A stretch of DNA of 64,000 nucleotides. Source: the human T2T-CHM13v2.0 reference genome, Homo sapiens. Position 1 is the stretch's first letter, and the number at the start of each line of letters is the position of its first letter. The translations under genes were made by a program, and so were the position numbers. Below the pieces are notes generated by a model. That model was given only the letters and a program-made list of their open reading frames with translations. It made no database searches and was not told where the DNA came from. This document shows, piece by piece, positions 1 to 16,200 of this stretch. The DNA is taken from NCBI RefSeq assembly GCF_009914755.1, contig NC_060947.1; one strand, given 5' to 3'.

Positions 1-1015
1 GGACTCCAGTCCCCATGACTTGTAGTCACAGACGACCACAGACTAGAGCAGCTAAGAGATCCAACAGCTCAGCTTTACAAAATGAAGAGGGTCATCTTCT
101 TTGAGCAGTTCAGCCTCTCCATTGTGGGTGTAGTAGGCCACATTTTGAACTATTTCCATCTGTTATTGATTATATATCAGGCTTCAGGATGGCTGGGAGG
201 ATACTCTGCCTTTACAAGCTGAGTCAATGCCCTTTCTAATGTCTTCTGCTCATGCTGTGGTCAAAGGCACCCTATAAAACTTATTTGTGTGTATGCTACA
301 TAGCTCAAGGAATACTCCCAGGGTCCTCCTCTATCCTCTTTTTAACAAAAACAACTAACATTCATAGATAACTTACTAAGTGCTAGACACTATACAAAGC
401 ATTTTATAGAGATTACCATATTTAATCTTCACAAGCACCCTGTGATCTATGGGATCTTTTTAATCTCTATTTTTATAGATGAGGAAATTGTGGAATAAAA
501 AGTTTAGCAGTTCATCCAAACTGTCAGCTAAATAAGTGGCTGAGGCAGAATTCAAACCAGGTTTAAATAACTCGCTCAAGGCAACTCAACTTGTATATAA
601 TGGAATCAAGTTGTAACCAGGCCCTTTCAAGCTTTTAAGTAATTTTGCCACTTTCTGCTCTGTTGCCTGGATTATAAATTCTCTTGCTCTACCCAGCCCA
701 TTTGGACTGGCATTTAGATTTAATTGTTTGACTGGCTTTGGTTTCAGTTTCTCCCCAGAATTTTGCCTTTTGGATTGCCCGCCTCTGTTCCACACCCCGC
801 AGGCTGCAGTCCAGCTCTGCCCTATCTCTTCACCAATGGAAGTTTTAGTGATAGTATACTCCAGTCTAAAACCAATGTCTTAGAGCTCCAACTGTCTGGG
901 AGGAGAAATTCAACATTATCTCAGAAAAAAAACTTGACTAAGGGAGAGATATGGAGGCAGACCCACCCTGGTAGATTCTGCAGGAGACCTTCTGGGTTAT
1001 ATGGTCCCAAGTAAA
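1..1015 (-). mobile_element. Possible further Gypsy/sushi-like pol fragment (tail of copy B or a third copy)
   Basis: Minus-strand translations: LGPY (~1000-1011), VLDWSILSLKLPL (~835-875), QKTLE (~234-248), KCGLLHPQW (119-145), SKKMTLFI (81-104). Short degenerate motifs, interrupted by a MIR. Confidence 0.35.
350..562 (-). mobile_element. MIR SINE
   Basis: Matches the reverse complement of the MIR core (tttaatcttcacaa...tttatagatgaggaaa...gaattcaaaccagg). Confidence 0.8.
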
Positions 1016-1234
1016 ATAATAACATTAATCCTATGCTCTAAGTACAGGGATAAATACTTGACACTAATTGTTTCATTTAAATCTTCATAATAATCCTTTG
1101 AGGTTAGTACTATTTTGATCTCTAAGATATTAGGAAACAAATGTTTACATAAATTAAGTGACTTATCTAATGTTGAAGAGCTGGGTTTTGGATTCAGATC
1201 TCTCTGACCGTAAGTCCTACATCACTAAACTCTA
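1016..1234 (-). mobile_element. MIR SINE
   Basis: catttaaatcttcataataatcctttgaggttagtactatt...ttaagtgactt, MIR-like. Confidence 0.7.
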
Positions 1235-1996
1235 CAATTAGCAGATACAATCCAAAGCAGGCTGCAAATGGATGCCTACTTGTAGCAGCACTTGGATGAG
1301 ATCCAGGCCCATGCAGTGAGAGCTCTGAAAGGCCGAGAATGTCAGAGTTGCCTACAATATGAGAGTGGATTCTCATATTTCCCAGCTGGAAAGGCTCAAA
1401 CACAAGTAATTCTCTTGTGCTATGATCCCACCGTGCTGGCCACTGTGATTCATTCAAGTCAAAACCTTGAACATGGTCTTTTTAGCAGTGGCTCCATCTC
1501 TGATACAACATCTCTAATGAGTCATCATTTATGATAGCTGCTTCCAAGTCATGGAGTAAACAAGTAGATCCAAGAGCCTTCCATATCCACTTCAGATTAC
1601 TGAACACCTGAGGAATACCATCTCACAGTGAACTATTTCTAGTATATTCCCTTTTAATGACCCCACACATTCCTGGCAGTGGCAGATGTCTTGAAAAAAA
1701 TGTATCATTCATTGTATACTCAGCCTATCTACTCCAACTGTGGTTATTTTGTTTATCAAAAGAATCTTCTGGTACCAAATTATCCGCCTATGTGATTTCT
1801 GATTATTACCTGCAATTATCATTCTGATTTTAAAGGGCACTGTTCAAGGCCCTTCACATTAGTATCCATTTGTCAACTTCCTACCACTAGTAGACACAAA
1901 GGTCAGATTGGAGATATCAACCAAGTACTCACTTGAGGAGTAAATCTCCTATTTCACCTTTTACTAATAACACACTGGTTTCCTCTCCTTACTATA

Positions 1997-2977
1997 CAGA
2001 TGTTCCTCACCTTATGATGGGGTTGCTTCCGATAAAACCATTGTAAATTGAAAATATCTTACGTCAAAAATGTATTTAATACACGTAATCTACTAAATAT
2101 CATAGCTTAGCCATGCCTACCTTTTTTTCTTTCTTTAAAAAAGGATCTGGCCCCGTCACTCAGACTGGAGTGCAGTGGTGTGATCTCGGTTCACTGCAGC
2201 CTTGACCTCCCGGGTTCAAGCAATCCTCCTGCCTCAGCCCCTCCGGATAGCTGGGACTACAAGTGTACACCACCAAGCTTGACTAATTTTTTTTTTGTAG
2301 AGATGATTTTGCCGTGTTGCCAAGGCTGGTCTCAAACTCCTGGGCTCAAGCAATCTGCCTGCCTCAGCCTCCCAAAGTGCTTGGATTACAGGCATGATCC
2401 ACTGTGCCCAGCTAACTTGTCTACCTTAAACTTGCTCAAACACTTACACTAGCCTACAGTTGTGCAAAGTAATCTAACACAAAACCTATTTTATAATAAA
2501 GTATTGAATATCTTATGTAATATATTGAATACTGTACTGAAAGTGAAAAACAGAGTATTTGTGTGGGTACTCACCATTAATGTACACAGCTGAAAGCACA
2601 CTGAACCTGTAGAATGTTTGAAGCATTGAACTAAAATTAATTGATGAATGATGGGGATACTACAGTGACAGGGTCATCAATTTCTCTGTCTTCTGATGAG
2701 GCTTGAGAATAGCTAGTATTGATGGTTTAGCAGGCATAGTGTTCTTCAGGAAAATATCAAATATCAGTTGTTTACCTTTGTGACTGCATGAATGACTAGG
2801 AGCTGCAGCTCGCTGCTGCTGCTGGCAGAACCACAAGACAGTATTGTACGGCACATCACTAGTCCAGGAAAATATCAAAATTAAAAACTCAAAGTACAGT
2901 TTCCTCTGATGCGTATTACTTTCGCATCACCATAAAGTAAAAATATCGTTAAACCATCCTAAGTCAGAAACCATCTG
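1997..2977 (+). mobile_element. Tigger5/MER47-family DNA transposon (TcMar-Tigger)
   Basis: Termini CAGATG...CATCTG with a TA on each side (1995-96, 2978-79); body matches MER47 (cctacagttg.gcaaa..atctaacacaaa.cctattttataataaag). Confidence 0.9.
2122..2412 (-). mobile_element. AluJ inserted in the Tigger5/MER47
   Basis: Dimeric antisense Alu with J-type gggctcaagcaatc; flanking ctacctt repeat. Confidence 0.9.
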
Positions 2978-4418
2978 TAACTGATTCCTCCCTCAATTTA
3001 TCTCATTCATCAGCCAGAAAGACTTATTTTTATGGTAATTATGGCTTCCACATCCACTGCTTTCCACACTCTCCCATGCAATGTTGGACATAAGGAGTTG
3101 TAGGCTACCAGAATGCTGAAGGTCATAACACGTGAAGTATACTGAATAATCCTGGGTCCTTGAGAAGAACATCAGCATGGGAGACAATCATATATACATG
3201 CATGCACACACATAAACACCATCATATGGAGCACTTCAAGGCAATGAATGTTATCAACACCATGGGTTTCTGACTCCAGCTAACTCCTCTATGTCAATCC
3301 ACCCCATCTGCCACCAATCTTTGCTATATCTGACCTACCAATATTTCTCCACCGTATCAATAGCTAAGTCTTCAGATTCTAGGAAAGCAAGGTTAAGGAC
3401 CGAAGATGGTTGGGAAGTGTGCGATGAGCAGCAGTGTCCAGCTACATCTTCCTATATGCTAATCTATGGAGGTGATCTTGAGGCTCATAGGTCCCCCAAT
3501 CAGAAACAACCATTGGTAGTTGTTGTTTACATGGTGGGGGTTACAAATTGAACCCAGTAGGTGACTGGGTTCCCTTGACCAGAGTTTGGCCTACCAAGCT
3601 GCTTAAGGCTCCTGAATCTATCCTGTCCTCAAGTGAGAGACAAAATGCACTGGCTCCCCTATGACAAGTTAGGCTACCAAATATATTTCTCAGATTAGTT
3701 AAGAGACCAAGTAGTTTATTAACATGCAAGAGACATAAGCCTCACTAACCCATGTCTCTAGGCATTTGGGAGACAAGAAAGACCAATAAAAGAATCTTTC
3801 TTTGGTTCCATGGTGAAAGATAGTTGAATATCTTTATATATAGCAGCATACGGGGCCCAAAGCTGAATCTCTATCAAGCTAGAACATATGCCAGCACAGT
3901 GACCATAACTTCATCCTAGTAGCTGATAGATCGCTATGCCCAAGGAGAAAGTTGCCCTCTAAAATACTGTCTGATGCCTTTCCAATAATGTAAGGATAGG
4001 AAGGAGGGTAGCCCAGATAGTCCCACAAGTCAGGGATGGGAAACAGGATGGGCTTCTTTCTGCAGTCCTTGGTCACAGAACTTGAAGGAAGAAATAGTAA
4101 AATTGTGTCCAGAGGAAAAATCTCTCTAAAGTGGGTAGTCATGCAAGACAATCTTAGGACAGCAATAGAAGTTGAGGGCAGTGCCATATGGGGAGAAACA
4201 GGAGTGGCAAGAATGGCCAGAGGAATATCACTGAGTAGGTCAGAGTGAATAAACAAAATAGGTGGTGTCTGAATGAACACCAAAAGCAGGGGCCCAGTGA
4301 AAGAGGCTAGTGTTATACCTGTTCCAGGTATTACTTGCATGAATGGGCCAAGTCCAGTCAATGGGGCAGAATAAATACTAAACTTAGAGTTTAAATAAAT
4401 AAATAATAAATAAATGTG

Positions 4419-4684
<266 letters not shown>

Positions 4685-4689
4685 ATAAA

Positions 4690-4905
4690 TGTTTGATAAA
4701 CTGCACATACTCTCTGACTCAGTGACTCAACCTCAGCAATTCATCTTCTTGATGTATTTGCAGAAAAGCATAAATGTTAGGATGACAATTGCAGCATTAA
4801 TTGTATTAGTAAAAGACTAGGTAGAATAAAATGTTTATCAATACTGGACTGGCTAAATAAATTATAGTACATTTATAGAATATAATATTATTCAGCCATT
4901 AATGA
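4690..4905 (+). mobile_element. Old L1 (L1ME-like) 3' fragment
   Basis: ggactggctaaataaattatagtacatt...gaatattattcagccattaa resembles old L1 3' ends. Confidence 0.55.
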
Positions 4906-6017
4906 AGAGAAAAATAAACCAACTGAAACCCAATCCAGAACTGACACAGATACTGGAATTAGCAAAACTATTAAAACAGTTACTTTAACTGTAGTCCATA
5001 TGTTCAAAACAGTAAGTAAAGACATGGAAGATTTTTAACAATGACTCAGAGCTTCAGAGAGGAAAATGTACTAAATGGGATGTACAGCAGATTAGATATT
5101 TCAGGAGAAACAATTAGTAAACTACATAATATAGCAATAAAAACTGTTCAAAATAAAACACATAGGGGAAAATACCAATATAATGAAAAGCACATTAGTG
5201 TGCTATGAAGCAACTTCAGGCAGCCAAATGTATGAGTAATTGGAGTCCCCAAAGAAGGACAAGGAGAGGCCAAAAAATATTTGGAGAAACAATCATTGAA
5301 AAATTTCTAATGTTGATAAAAACCATAAACCCACAGATTCAAGAATCTCAGAAAACCTAAACACAAGAAACATGAAGAAAACAACACCAAACCACATCCT
5401 AATCAAATTTATCAAAGCCAATGACAAAGAAAAAATCTTAAGACCAGCCAAATAAAACAGACAAGTTATATAATGAGAAACAAACATAGAGATGACAGTA
5501 AATTTGTCTTCAGAAATGGTGCATGTGAGAAGAGAATGGAACAGTATATTTAAAACAGTAAAACAAAAGAGCTGTCAACCTAGTGTTCTATAACCAGAGA
5601 AAATATATTTTTAAAAGGAAAGACATTGTCAGATATACAAAATTTTGAAAGAATCACCACTAGCAATCCTGAACTACAAGAAATGTTAAAGGATGTCTTT
5701 CAAGCAGAAGAAAAATGACACCAGATGGAAACGTGGATCTACACAAAGGAATGAAGAATACTGGAAATGATAACTATCTGTGTAAATATATACTTTTTTT
5801 TCATAGTACTTAAATATCTTTACAGGACAACCAAGTCTTTAAACAAATACAACAACAATTGTGGTTTATAAGTATGTAAAAATAAAATGTAAGACAATAA
5901 TAGCATAAAGGCTTGGAGGAGAAACATGGAATTATACTATTTTAGGTTATTATACTATATGTGAAGTGGTATAAACTCACTTGCAGGTGGCTTGTAATAA
6001 GTGAAAAAATGTTTTCT

Positions 6018-6125
6018 CCAGGCATAGGTAGTCCCAGCTACTCAGGAAGCTGAGATTGGAGGGTCACTTGAACCCAAGAGTTTGAGGTCAGCCTTGGAAA
6101 TATAGCAGACTTTTGCTGTAAAGAA
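6018..6125 (+). mobile_element. Alu monomer (FLAM-like)
   Basis: gtagtcccagctactcaggaagctgag...cacttgaacccaagagtttgaggtcagcc. Confidence 0.7.
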
Positions 6126-6577
6126 GAAGTATAAAAGTTTCTAAAATAGCCAAACAAAAGTTATAGCTAATAAATCAACAAAGGAGATCAAATGTGATCA
6201 TAAGAAATACGCAATTAATCCAAAAGACGGTGGAAAAAGAGGAAAAGGGGAGAAAAGAAGAGATGAGACAAAAACAAATAACAACATGATACACTAAAAA
6301 CTAACCATATCAATAATCACATTTAGAAGTAAAAGTCTAGTCTTCCTAATAAACAAGTAGAGATTCTCAGATTGGAAAAAAAAGCAAGACACAAGTTTAT
6401 GTTGCCTTCAACTTTATAAACAATTTAAATATAAAGACACAAATAGGTTAAAAGTAAAAGAATGAATTAAGACATACCATGCTAACACTAGCCAGAAGAA
6501 AGGTGACATATCTGAATTAATGTCAGACAAAGTTAACTTAAACCAAAGAATATTACAGTGATGAAGAATGTCATTTC

Positions 6578-6689
6578 CGGGTTGATGAGTGCAGCAAACC
6601 ACCATGGCACATGCATATATACCTATGTAACAAACCTGCACATTCTGCACATGTATCCCAGAACTTAAAGTGTAATGAAAAAAAAAAAA
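6578..6689 (+). mobile_element. L1PA 3' terminal stub
   Basis: gcagcaaaccaccatggcacatg...cccagaacttaaag plus poly-A; TSD aagaatgtcatttc / aagaaagtcacttc. Confidence 0.9.
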
Positions 6690-7701
6690 AAGAAAGTCAC
6701 TTCATAATGATAAAGAGTCAGTTCTTCAAGAGGACATGACAACCCTAAATGTTTATACCTCTAACGAAAGAGCTTTAAAATACATGAACAAAAACTGATA
6801 GAACTGCAAAAAGAAATAGACAAATCTATAAATTATAGTTGGAGATCTCAATATTTTTCTCTCAATAATTAATAGAACGGGTAGAAATTATACAGCAAAA
6901 AATATAATAGACTAGAACAACACCATCAATAAACATGACTGGCATATATAGAACATTCCACCTAACAACAGCAGATGACATATTCTTCTCAAGTATATAT
7001 GGAACATTTATCAAGGGAGATCATACTCTTGGACATAGAGCAAGTTTCAATAAATGTAAAAGGATCCAAGTGGTATAATGTATATTATTTGAGGACAATG
7101 GAAATAAATTGGAAATTAATAACGGAAATATCTGGGAAATTTTTCCAAATATTTGAAAGTTAAACAACACACTGCTAAATAACCTATGAATCAAAGAAGA
7201 GATCAAAAGGGAAGTTAGAAAATTATTTTGAAATGAGTCAAAATGAGAATTCAGCATATCAGAATTTATGATATGTAGCTAGAAGTAGTTTAGAAAGGTC
7301 TTAAATCAATGACTTCACCCTTCATCTTAAAAAACTAGAGCAAAGAAGAGCAAATTACACCCAAAGTAATCAGAAGAAAAAAAAAGAAGGTTGAAGTGTA
7401 AATCAATAATAAGGGAAACTGGAAAACAATAGCAGAAAATAATGAAACCAAAGCTGGGCCTTAGAGATCAAAGAAATTGGTAAACCTCTAGCCACACTAA
7501 TCAGGAAAAAAAGAAAGAGAAAACAAATTTCCAATGTCAAGAATGAGAAAGGGGACATCATTACAGATTCTACTGTTATTAAAAGGTTATTAAGGGAATA
7601 TTATTAATAACTTTGTTTCAATATATTCAACAATTTAGATAAAATGGTCAAACTTCTTGAAAGACACAAACTATCAAAGCTCCTTGTAGAAGAAATAGAT
7701 A

Positions 7702-8071
7702 CACACCATGGAATACTATGCAGCCATAAAAAAGAAGGTGATCATGTCTTTCGTGGGAACGTGGATGGAGCTGGAGGCCATTATCCTCAGCAAACTAATG
7801 CAGGAACAGGAAACCAAATAGCAGATGTTCTCACTTATAAGTGGGAGCTAAATGATGAGAACTTATGAACACAAAGAAGGAAACCACAGACACTGGGGTC
7901 TACTTGAGGGTGGAGCGGGGGAGGAGGAAAAGGAGCAGAAAATATAGCTATCGAGTACTGGGCTTAATTCCTGGGTGATGAAATAATGTGTACAACAAAC
8001 CCCCATGACATGAGTCTACCCATGTAACAAACCTTCACATCTACCTCCAAACCTAAAATAAAAATTATAAA
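7702..8071 (+). mobile_element. Older L1PA (PA13/14-like) 3' end
   Basis: L1 3'UTR sequence; TSD agaaatagata / agaaacagata. Confidence 0.85.
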
Positions 8072-9002
8072 AAGCAGAAACAGATAACCAGAATAGCTAT
8101 ATATCTATTAAATAAATTGAATTTGTAGCTTAAAATCTTCCCACAAATATAACTCTAGGCCCAGATGCCTTCACTGGCAAGTTCTAACAAATACTTAAGA
8201 AAGAAATAATACCAAATCTACCCCAATTTTTCTTCAAGAAAATTAAATGGAAGGGAATATTTCCCAACTCATTTTATGAAGCCAGTATTACCCACATACT
8301 AAAATCAAAGAAAATATGTTGCAAAATAAGAAAACTATCAACTACTGTTCTTCATGAATATTGATAGAAAATGTCTAAACAGAATGTTTGCAAATTAAAT
8401 CCAACAATATATTAAAAGTATAAACACTATTGCCAAGTGGGACTTATTCCAGGAATGCAGGGTTGATAGAACATTTTAAAATAAGTATAATTCACCATAT
8501 TAACAAACTAAAGGAGAAAACCCATATGATTATCTCAATAGATGAAGACACAGCATTTGACAAATCCCAACATCCATTCCTGATTTAAAAAAACCAAAAA
8601 GTCTCATCAAGCCAGGACTAGAAGTGAAATTCTTCAACCTGATAGAATGTATCTAAAAACCTATATCTGGCATCATGTATAATGATGAAAGACTAAAGGA
8701 ATTTTCCCATTAGGTCAGGTGCAAGGAAGGATGTCTGTTTTCACTTCTATACAGCATTGTACTGGTGCTTCTGGACAGTGCAATTAGGCAATAAAAAGAT
8801 ATAAAAGGAATCCCGATTTGGAAATAAAGGGAAATAAAACTGTTTTTATCCAGAGATGATGTTGTTTATTTAGAAAATGTGATAGAATTTACAGAAAAGC
8901 TACTAGAATGAATGAGTTTAGCAATGTTGCCAAATACAGAGTCATCATAGAAAAATCAAGTATATCAATCAAAAAATGAAATCTTAAAAGATACCATTTA
9001 TA

Positions 9003-11658
<2,656 letters not shown>

Positions 11659-12054
11659 AAAGATACCATTTATAGTTACACAAAAATATGAAATGCTTAG
11701 AGATAAATATGACAAAAGATAGGAAAGACTTGTACACTGAAAACTACAAAACATTGTGAAGAAAAACTAGAGTATACCTTCTTCATCGGTTTGAAGTCTC
11801 AATATTGTTAAGGTGTCAGCCTTTTTCAAATTGATCTATATATGAAATGCGATTCTAATCAAAATCCCCACAGGCTTGTTTATGGAAATTGCCAAGCTGG
11901 TTCTAAAATTCACACAGAAGTTTAAAGGACATAGTGCAGCCAGACACCTTTGAAAAAGAAAAAAGTTAGAGGGCTATCTCTATCTGATTTCAAGACTTAT
12001 TATTAAGCTATGGTAATGAAAGCAATATGGTATTGGTATGAAGATAAATAAATC

Positions 12055-12351
12055 TGCCAGGCATGGTGGCTCACACCTGTAATCCCAGCACTTTGGAAGG
12101 CTGAGGTAGTTTGAGGCCAGGTAGTTTGAGGCCAGGAGTTCATGACCAACCTAAGCAACATAGCATAACCCCGTTTCTACAAAAATTTAAAAATTAACTG
12201 GGCACTGTGGCACACACCCATGGTTCCAGCTACTCAAGAGGCTGAGGTGGGAGGATTGTTTGAGTCCAGGTGTTCAAGGTTGCAGTGAGCCATGATCCTG
12301 ACACTGCACTCCAGTCTGGGCAACAGAGCATGACCCTGTCTCAAAAAAAAG
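12055..12351 (+). mobile_element. AluJ
   Basis: Full dimer with poly-A; TSD aagataaata; internal 15-bp duplication. Confidence 0.9.
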
Positions 12352-12879
12352 AAAGATAAATAGGTCAATGGAACAGAATAGAGAGTCCAGATATAGACCT
12401 ACAGATCCACACATATATAGATTACTGATACTTTGCAAAGGTGATGTAGTGGAGAAAGGACAGTCTTTTTAACAAACAGTACTGAAAAAATTGGATATTC
12501 ACATGCAAAAACATGAACTTCAATTCATACCTCAAAATATATGCGAAAGTTAACTTAAAGTGGATAACAAACCTAAATATAAAGTCTTAATCGGTAAGAT
12601 TTCTAAAAGAAAACATAGGAGACAAGTTTTGTGACCTTGAGTTAGACAGAATTTTTGGATACAATGTCCAAAGCATAATCTATAATAGAATAAATTAATA
12701 TAATAGTCATTGATATTTAAAATTCTACTCTTCAAAAAACATTCTTCAGAGAATGACTGGGAAAAAAATCTTTGCAAATAATACATCTGAGGAATGACAT
12801 GTGTCCAGAATATATGAAGAACTCTCAAATCTCTATAATAAGAAAACAAACAATTCAACTAAAAAATGGCCAATGGGTG

Positions 12880-13450
12880 AGGAGCAATTTGTACTTGTAT
12901 AAGTTGTTCTCTTGTATGTAATCTGAGATGCCCTTTTGAAGGGCAATTTGACAAAATAAAAAAAGTGTAAATGTACTTTATTCTTCAATACAGCATGCCC
13001 TTTGTAAATACTGTATTTTTCCTAGAAAAGTATCTGCTCTTGTGCACAAATAGGCATGTACACAGTTGTTTACTAAAACATTGTTTGTAACAGCAAAAGT
13101 GAACACAATCTATGTGTCCACCAGTAGAAAAGTGGTGAGTAAACTATGATTCATCCATCATCATCCATATAACATTGATCTATATAATACAACAGCTAAA
13201 ATGAATGCGAGCTATGTGCACTGACATGAAAAGAATTCTGAGCTTCATAGGTAGACTAACAAAGAAAACTGCAGAAAAAATACACAATGTCATCCTAAGA
13301 CTAAGTAAAATCATTTATTTGTATAGTTATACATACGTATGAAACTTATTTAAATGATCTGGAATGACACATATCGGACTTCCTACAAAAAGAAGAGGAA
13401 GGTGGGCACAGACTATTGTGAAGGGGCATTTTCTTTTTATGCTGCATATA
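12880..13450 (+). mobile_element. L1ME-like 3' fragment
   Basis: Degenerate old L1 3' sequence (cattgtttgtaacagcaaaa...aaactatgattcatccat). Confidence 0.5.
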
Positions 13451-13560
13451 TATGTATATACATATACATATATATATATACTGCTTGATTGAGATATAAT
13501 GTATATAACATACAATTCACACATTTAAAAAGTGCAAGTAAATCGTTTTTAGTATATTCA

Positions 13561-13688
13561 TAGGAAATGAGGTTTCAGAAGGTTAAGTGGCTTACACCAG
13601 ATCACACCTAATAAAGGAGAGACCTGAGATTCAAGCGTCTGCTGTCTGGCTCCAAAGGCCATTCCCTTAATCACTATGCTGTGCTGCC
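13561..13688 (-). mobile_element. MIR fragment
   Basis: gaggtttcagaaggttaagtggctt...gtctggctccaaag...cttaatcactatgct. Confidence 0.75.
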
Positions 13689-14395
13689 AATTGCAATGGC
13701 TTTCTGGTAAGGGTATTCTCTACAACAAAAAGAGTGTTGTGATTATGAAACAGGGAGTAGATTTGTGATCAATCCATAGCAATGGTGTCAAGGGTGTGTT
13801 CGAGGATTGGTAATGGGTATATTAATCTGTTGATCCTTGTAGATCTATTCTTGATTAGAGTACAAGTGCTCCAAGTGCTTGTATACTAAGTGTCATTGTG
13901 ACAGATATGGGGCCACCATAAGTCCCTGCATTCTTTGTTCAAGGTTTTGAATAGGCCACTGTAGCTGAGTCAATGCTCCTACCAGGACATAATGCCTTTG
14001 TATAGTTAGCATTGGCCTTTCTATCTCCCTTACATTAGAATATTCTGGACCCTTAGCCAGTGTTCCAGCATAGAGGCATTTGCCTGCTGTCCATTTCCCT
14101 TTCCTCAGTCAGGTGCACCTGACCTTAATGACAGTAAAGCTCACAGGCCAGAGGACCTCTTGGGGTGAAGCCCTGGCTGCATCCAGACTTAAATAATTGG
14201 GCATCTTCTCAATGAGACACAGTGGATGTGAAAATTCTACCTTTACTAGAACAGTGCCATTTCATCTGGCAAAACTGAGCTTCTAGCTTTGCTTCAACAG
14301 TAAGATGATGCACAGGTTGTGCTATACCATTATAGGTACAGAAACCCTCATGCTTCAAAGATAGCCTTGATTGCCGGCAGTTCCTGTTCCTACAC

Positions 14396-14819
14396 TGATA
14401 TACTTTGGATGTTTGTCCCCTCTAAACCTTATGTTGAAATGTAAGCCCCAATGTTGGAGGTGTAGCCTGGTGGGAGGTGTTTGGACATGGGGTTGGATCG
14501 CTCATGAATGTCTTGGTTCTGTCCTCGCAATAATGAGTAAGTTTTCTCTCTGAATTCATGTGAGATCTGGTTGTTTAAAAGAGTGTAACACCTCCCCCGC
14601 CCCTCACTCTTGCCCCTGCTTTCAATATGTGATATGCCAGCTCCCTCTTTGCCTTCCATCATGATTGAAAGCTTCCTGAGGCCTCACCAGAAGATGAGCC
14701 AATGCCAGCATCATGCTTCCTGTGCAGCCTGCAGAATCGTGAGCCAATTAAACCTCATTTCTTTATAAATTACCCAGTATCACATATTCCTTTAGAGCAA
14801 TGCAAAACAGACTAACACA
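14396..14819 (+). mobile_element. MSTB-like solo LTR (ERVL-MaLR)
   Basis: TGATATA.TTTGGATGTTTGTCCCC...GACTAACACA, 424 bp, TG...CA ends; decayed TSD tacac/tatat. Confidence 0.9.
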
Positions 14820-15814
14820 TATATTGAGTAATTCACCTCAACCTCCGTTGGGGCCATTTTCCCAGAAAGGGAGGCACATGGGTAGGAATGCCTGGGCCGT
14901 GGTCTCCTTCTATTAGGGTCACTTCTACCTCAATATTGGAGGTGTTAGTTTAAATATGTAAGGCTGAATTGGCTCAGGTTAAGTCAGGATCAGGGCAGAA
15001 AGTTTTCTTCACTACCTTATTGAGGTATAACTGATATAAAATATAATGCACAAGCTTCAAATAATTACCATTTATTTCTTTTCTGTAATTTTTCTTTTTT
15101 TTTCAGTCTCACATCACTGGTTGGAATCTCCAGCATAATGCTGAACAGGACTTGTGATAGCAGATATCTTTGTCATGTTTCTTATCTTAAAGGAAATAAT
15201 AGTTTCAGTATTTCCCCAGTAAGTATGATGTCTGCTGTAGTTACTGATATGATGCTCTTTATCAGTTATAAGAAAGCCCCTTCTACTCCTAGGTAGCTAA
15301 GAGGCTGTTTGTTGAAATCATAAATTAATGTTAGATATTATTGAATATGTCTCCCGTATTATTAAGATGATTGTGAGTTTTTGCTTTTTTTCTTTAACCT
15401 GGTAATATGATGAGTTATGTTACTTAATTCTCCAAAATAACCTTGTTATCCTGGAATAAACCCAACTTGGTAAATATTCATTATCTTTTTATACATTGCT
15501 GAACTTACTTTGCAAATGTTTTGTTTACAATTTTTACATCTATAATCATGAGTGAGTCTGACTTGTAATATCCCTTTCCTATATAATACTGGTCAGGTTT
15601 GTTACCAAAATAACCTGGGGAGTGTTACTAATATCCTTTTCTCTGGAAGAGTTTAGCTAATATTGGAACAATATTTTCATTGAATTGTCAGAAGAACTAG
15701 CTTCTCAAGTACAGCAGACTTGGTATTTTCTTTGTGGGAGTAATTTTAAGTATTGACTCATTTTTTTCCTTTATGGTTAGAAGACTTTTTGAATTCTCTA
15801 TTCTTAAGTTACTG

Positions 15815-16200
15815 TTAGTAAATTTCATCTTTTCTAAGAATATATCCAATTTTAAGTCCAAGTTTTCAAATGTATTGACATACAGTTTTTCGTATTATCT
15901 TTTTAATCCTTGCAGCATCTGTAATTATTTCCTACTTTTTATTCCAAAATGTATATTTATGCTACCTATCTTTTTTTCCCTTGATTGACCCTTGCTAGAA
16001 ATTTTCCTTTAGCAAATTTCATTTTTTCAAAGACTGTGTCCAATTTTAAGTCCAGGTTTTCAAATGTATTGACATAGAGTTTTGCATATTATCTTTTTAA
16101 TCTTTGCAGCATGTGTAATTGTTTCCCACTTTTTATTCCAAAATGTGTATTTGTTCTATATGTCTTTTTTCCCTTGATTGACCCTGCTAGAAGTTTTTCT
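15815..16200. repeat. Diverged tandem duplication, 194-bp period
   Basis: ccaattttaagtcca.gttttcaaatgtattgacata at 15846 and 16040; cccttgattgaccc in both units. Confidence 0.9.

Larger units (their letters stand above)
1236..4370 (-). mobile_element. Fossil Ty3/Gypsy (sushi-like) pol, copy B: RT-RNase H-integrase, interrupted by Tigger5/MER47
   Basis: Colinear minus-strand motifs. RT: KKPILFPIPDLWDYL (4014-4058), Y*DEVMV ~YLDD (3901-3921), KLLGLLTNLRNIF (3679-3717). RNase H: LESEDLAIDTVEKYW (3338-3382), ADVL/SR (3158-3176). Integrase: VGVDRLS..MIHF (1697-1738), GIPQ (1608-1619), SYH (1531-1539), HST...FEPFQL in ORF 1194..1457. Confidence 0.65.

Noticed and set aside
3608-3622. IDSGA motif resembling an aspartic protease active site
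   Set aside because: Lies between the RT thumb and RNase H motifs of copy B, the wrong position for a protease; treated as chance
12104-12133. 15-bp tandem duplication within an AluJ
   Set aside because: Real but an ordinary slippage-type indel with no functional implication
13772-13825. YPLP..LD read as the RT motif
   Set aside because: Flanking WWP/zinc-finger, IAMD and NTLFVV motifs identify it as the integrase core start
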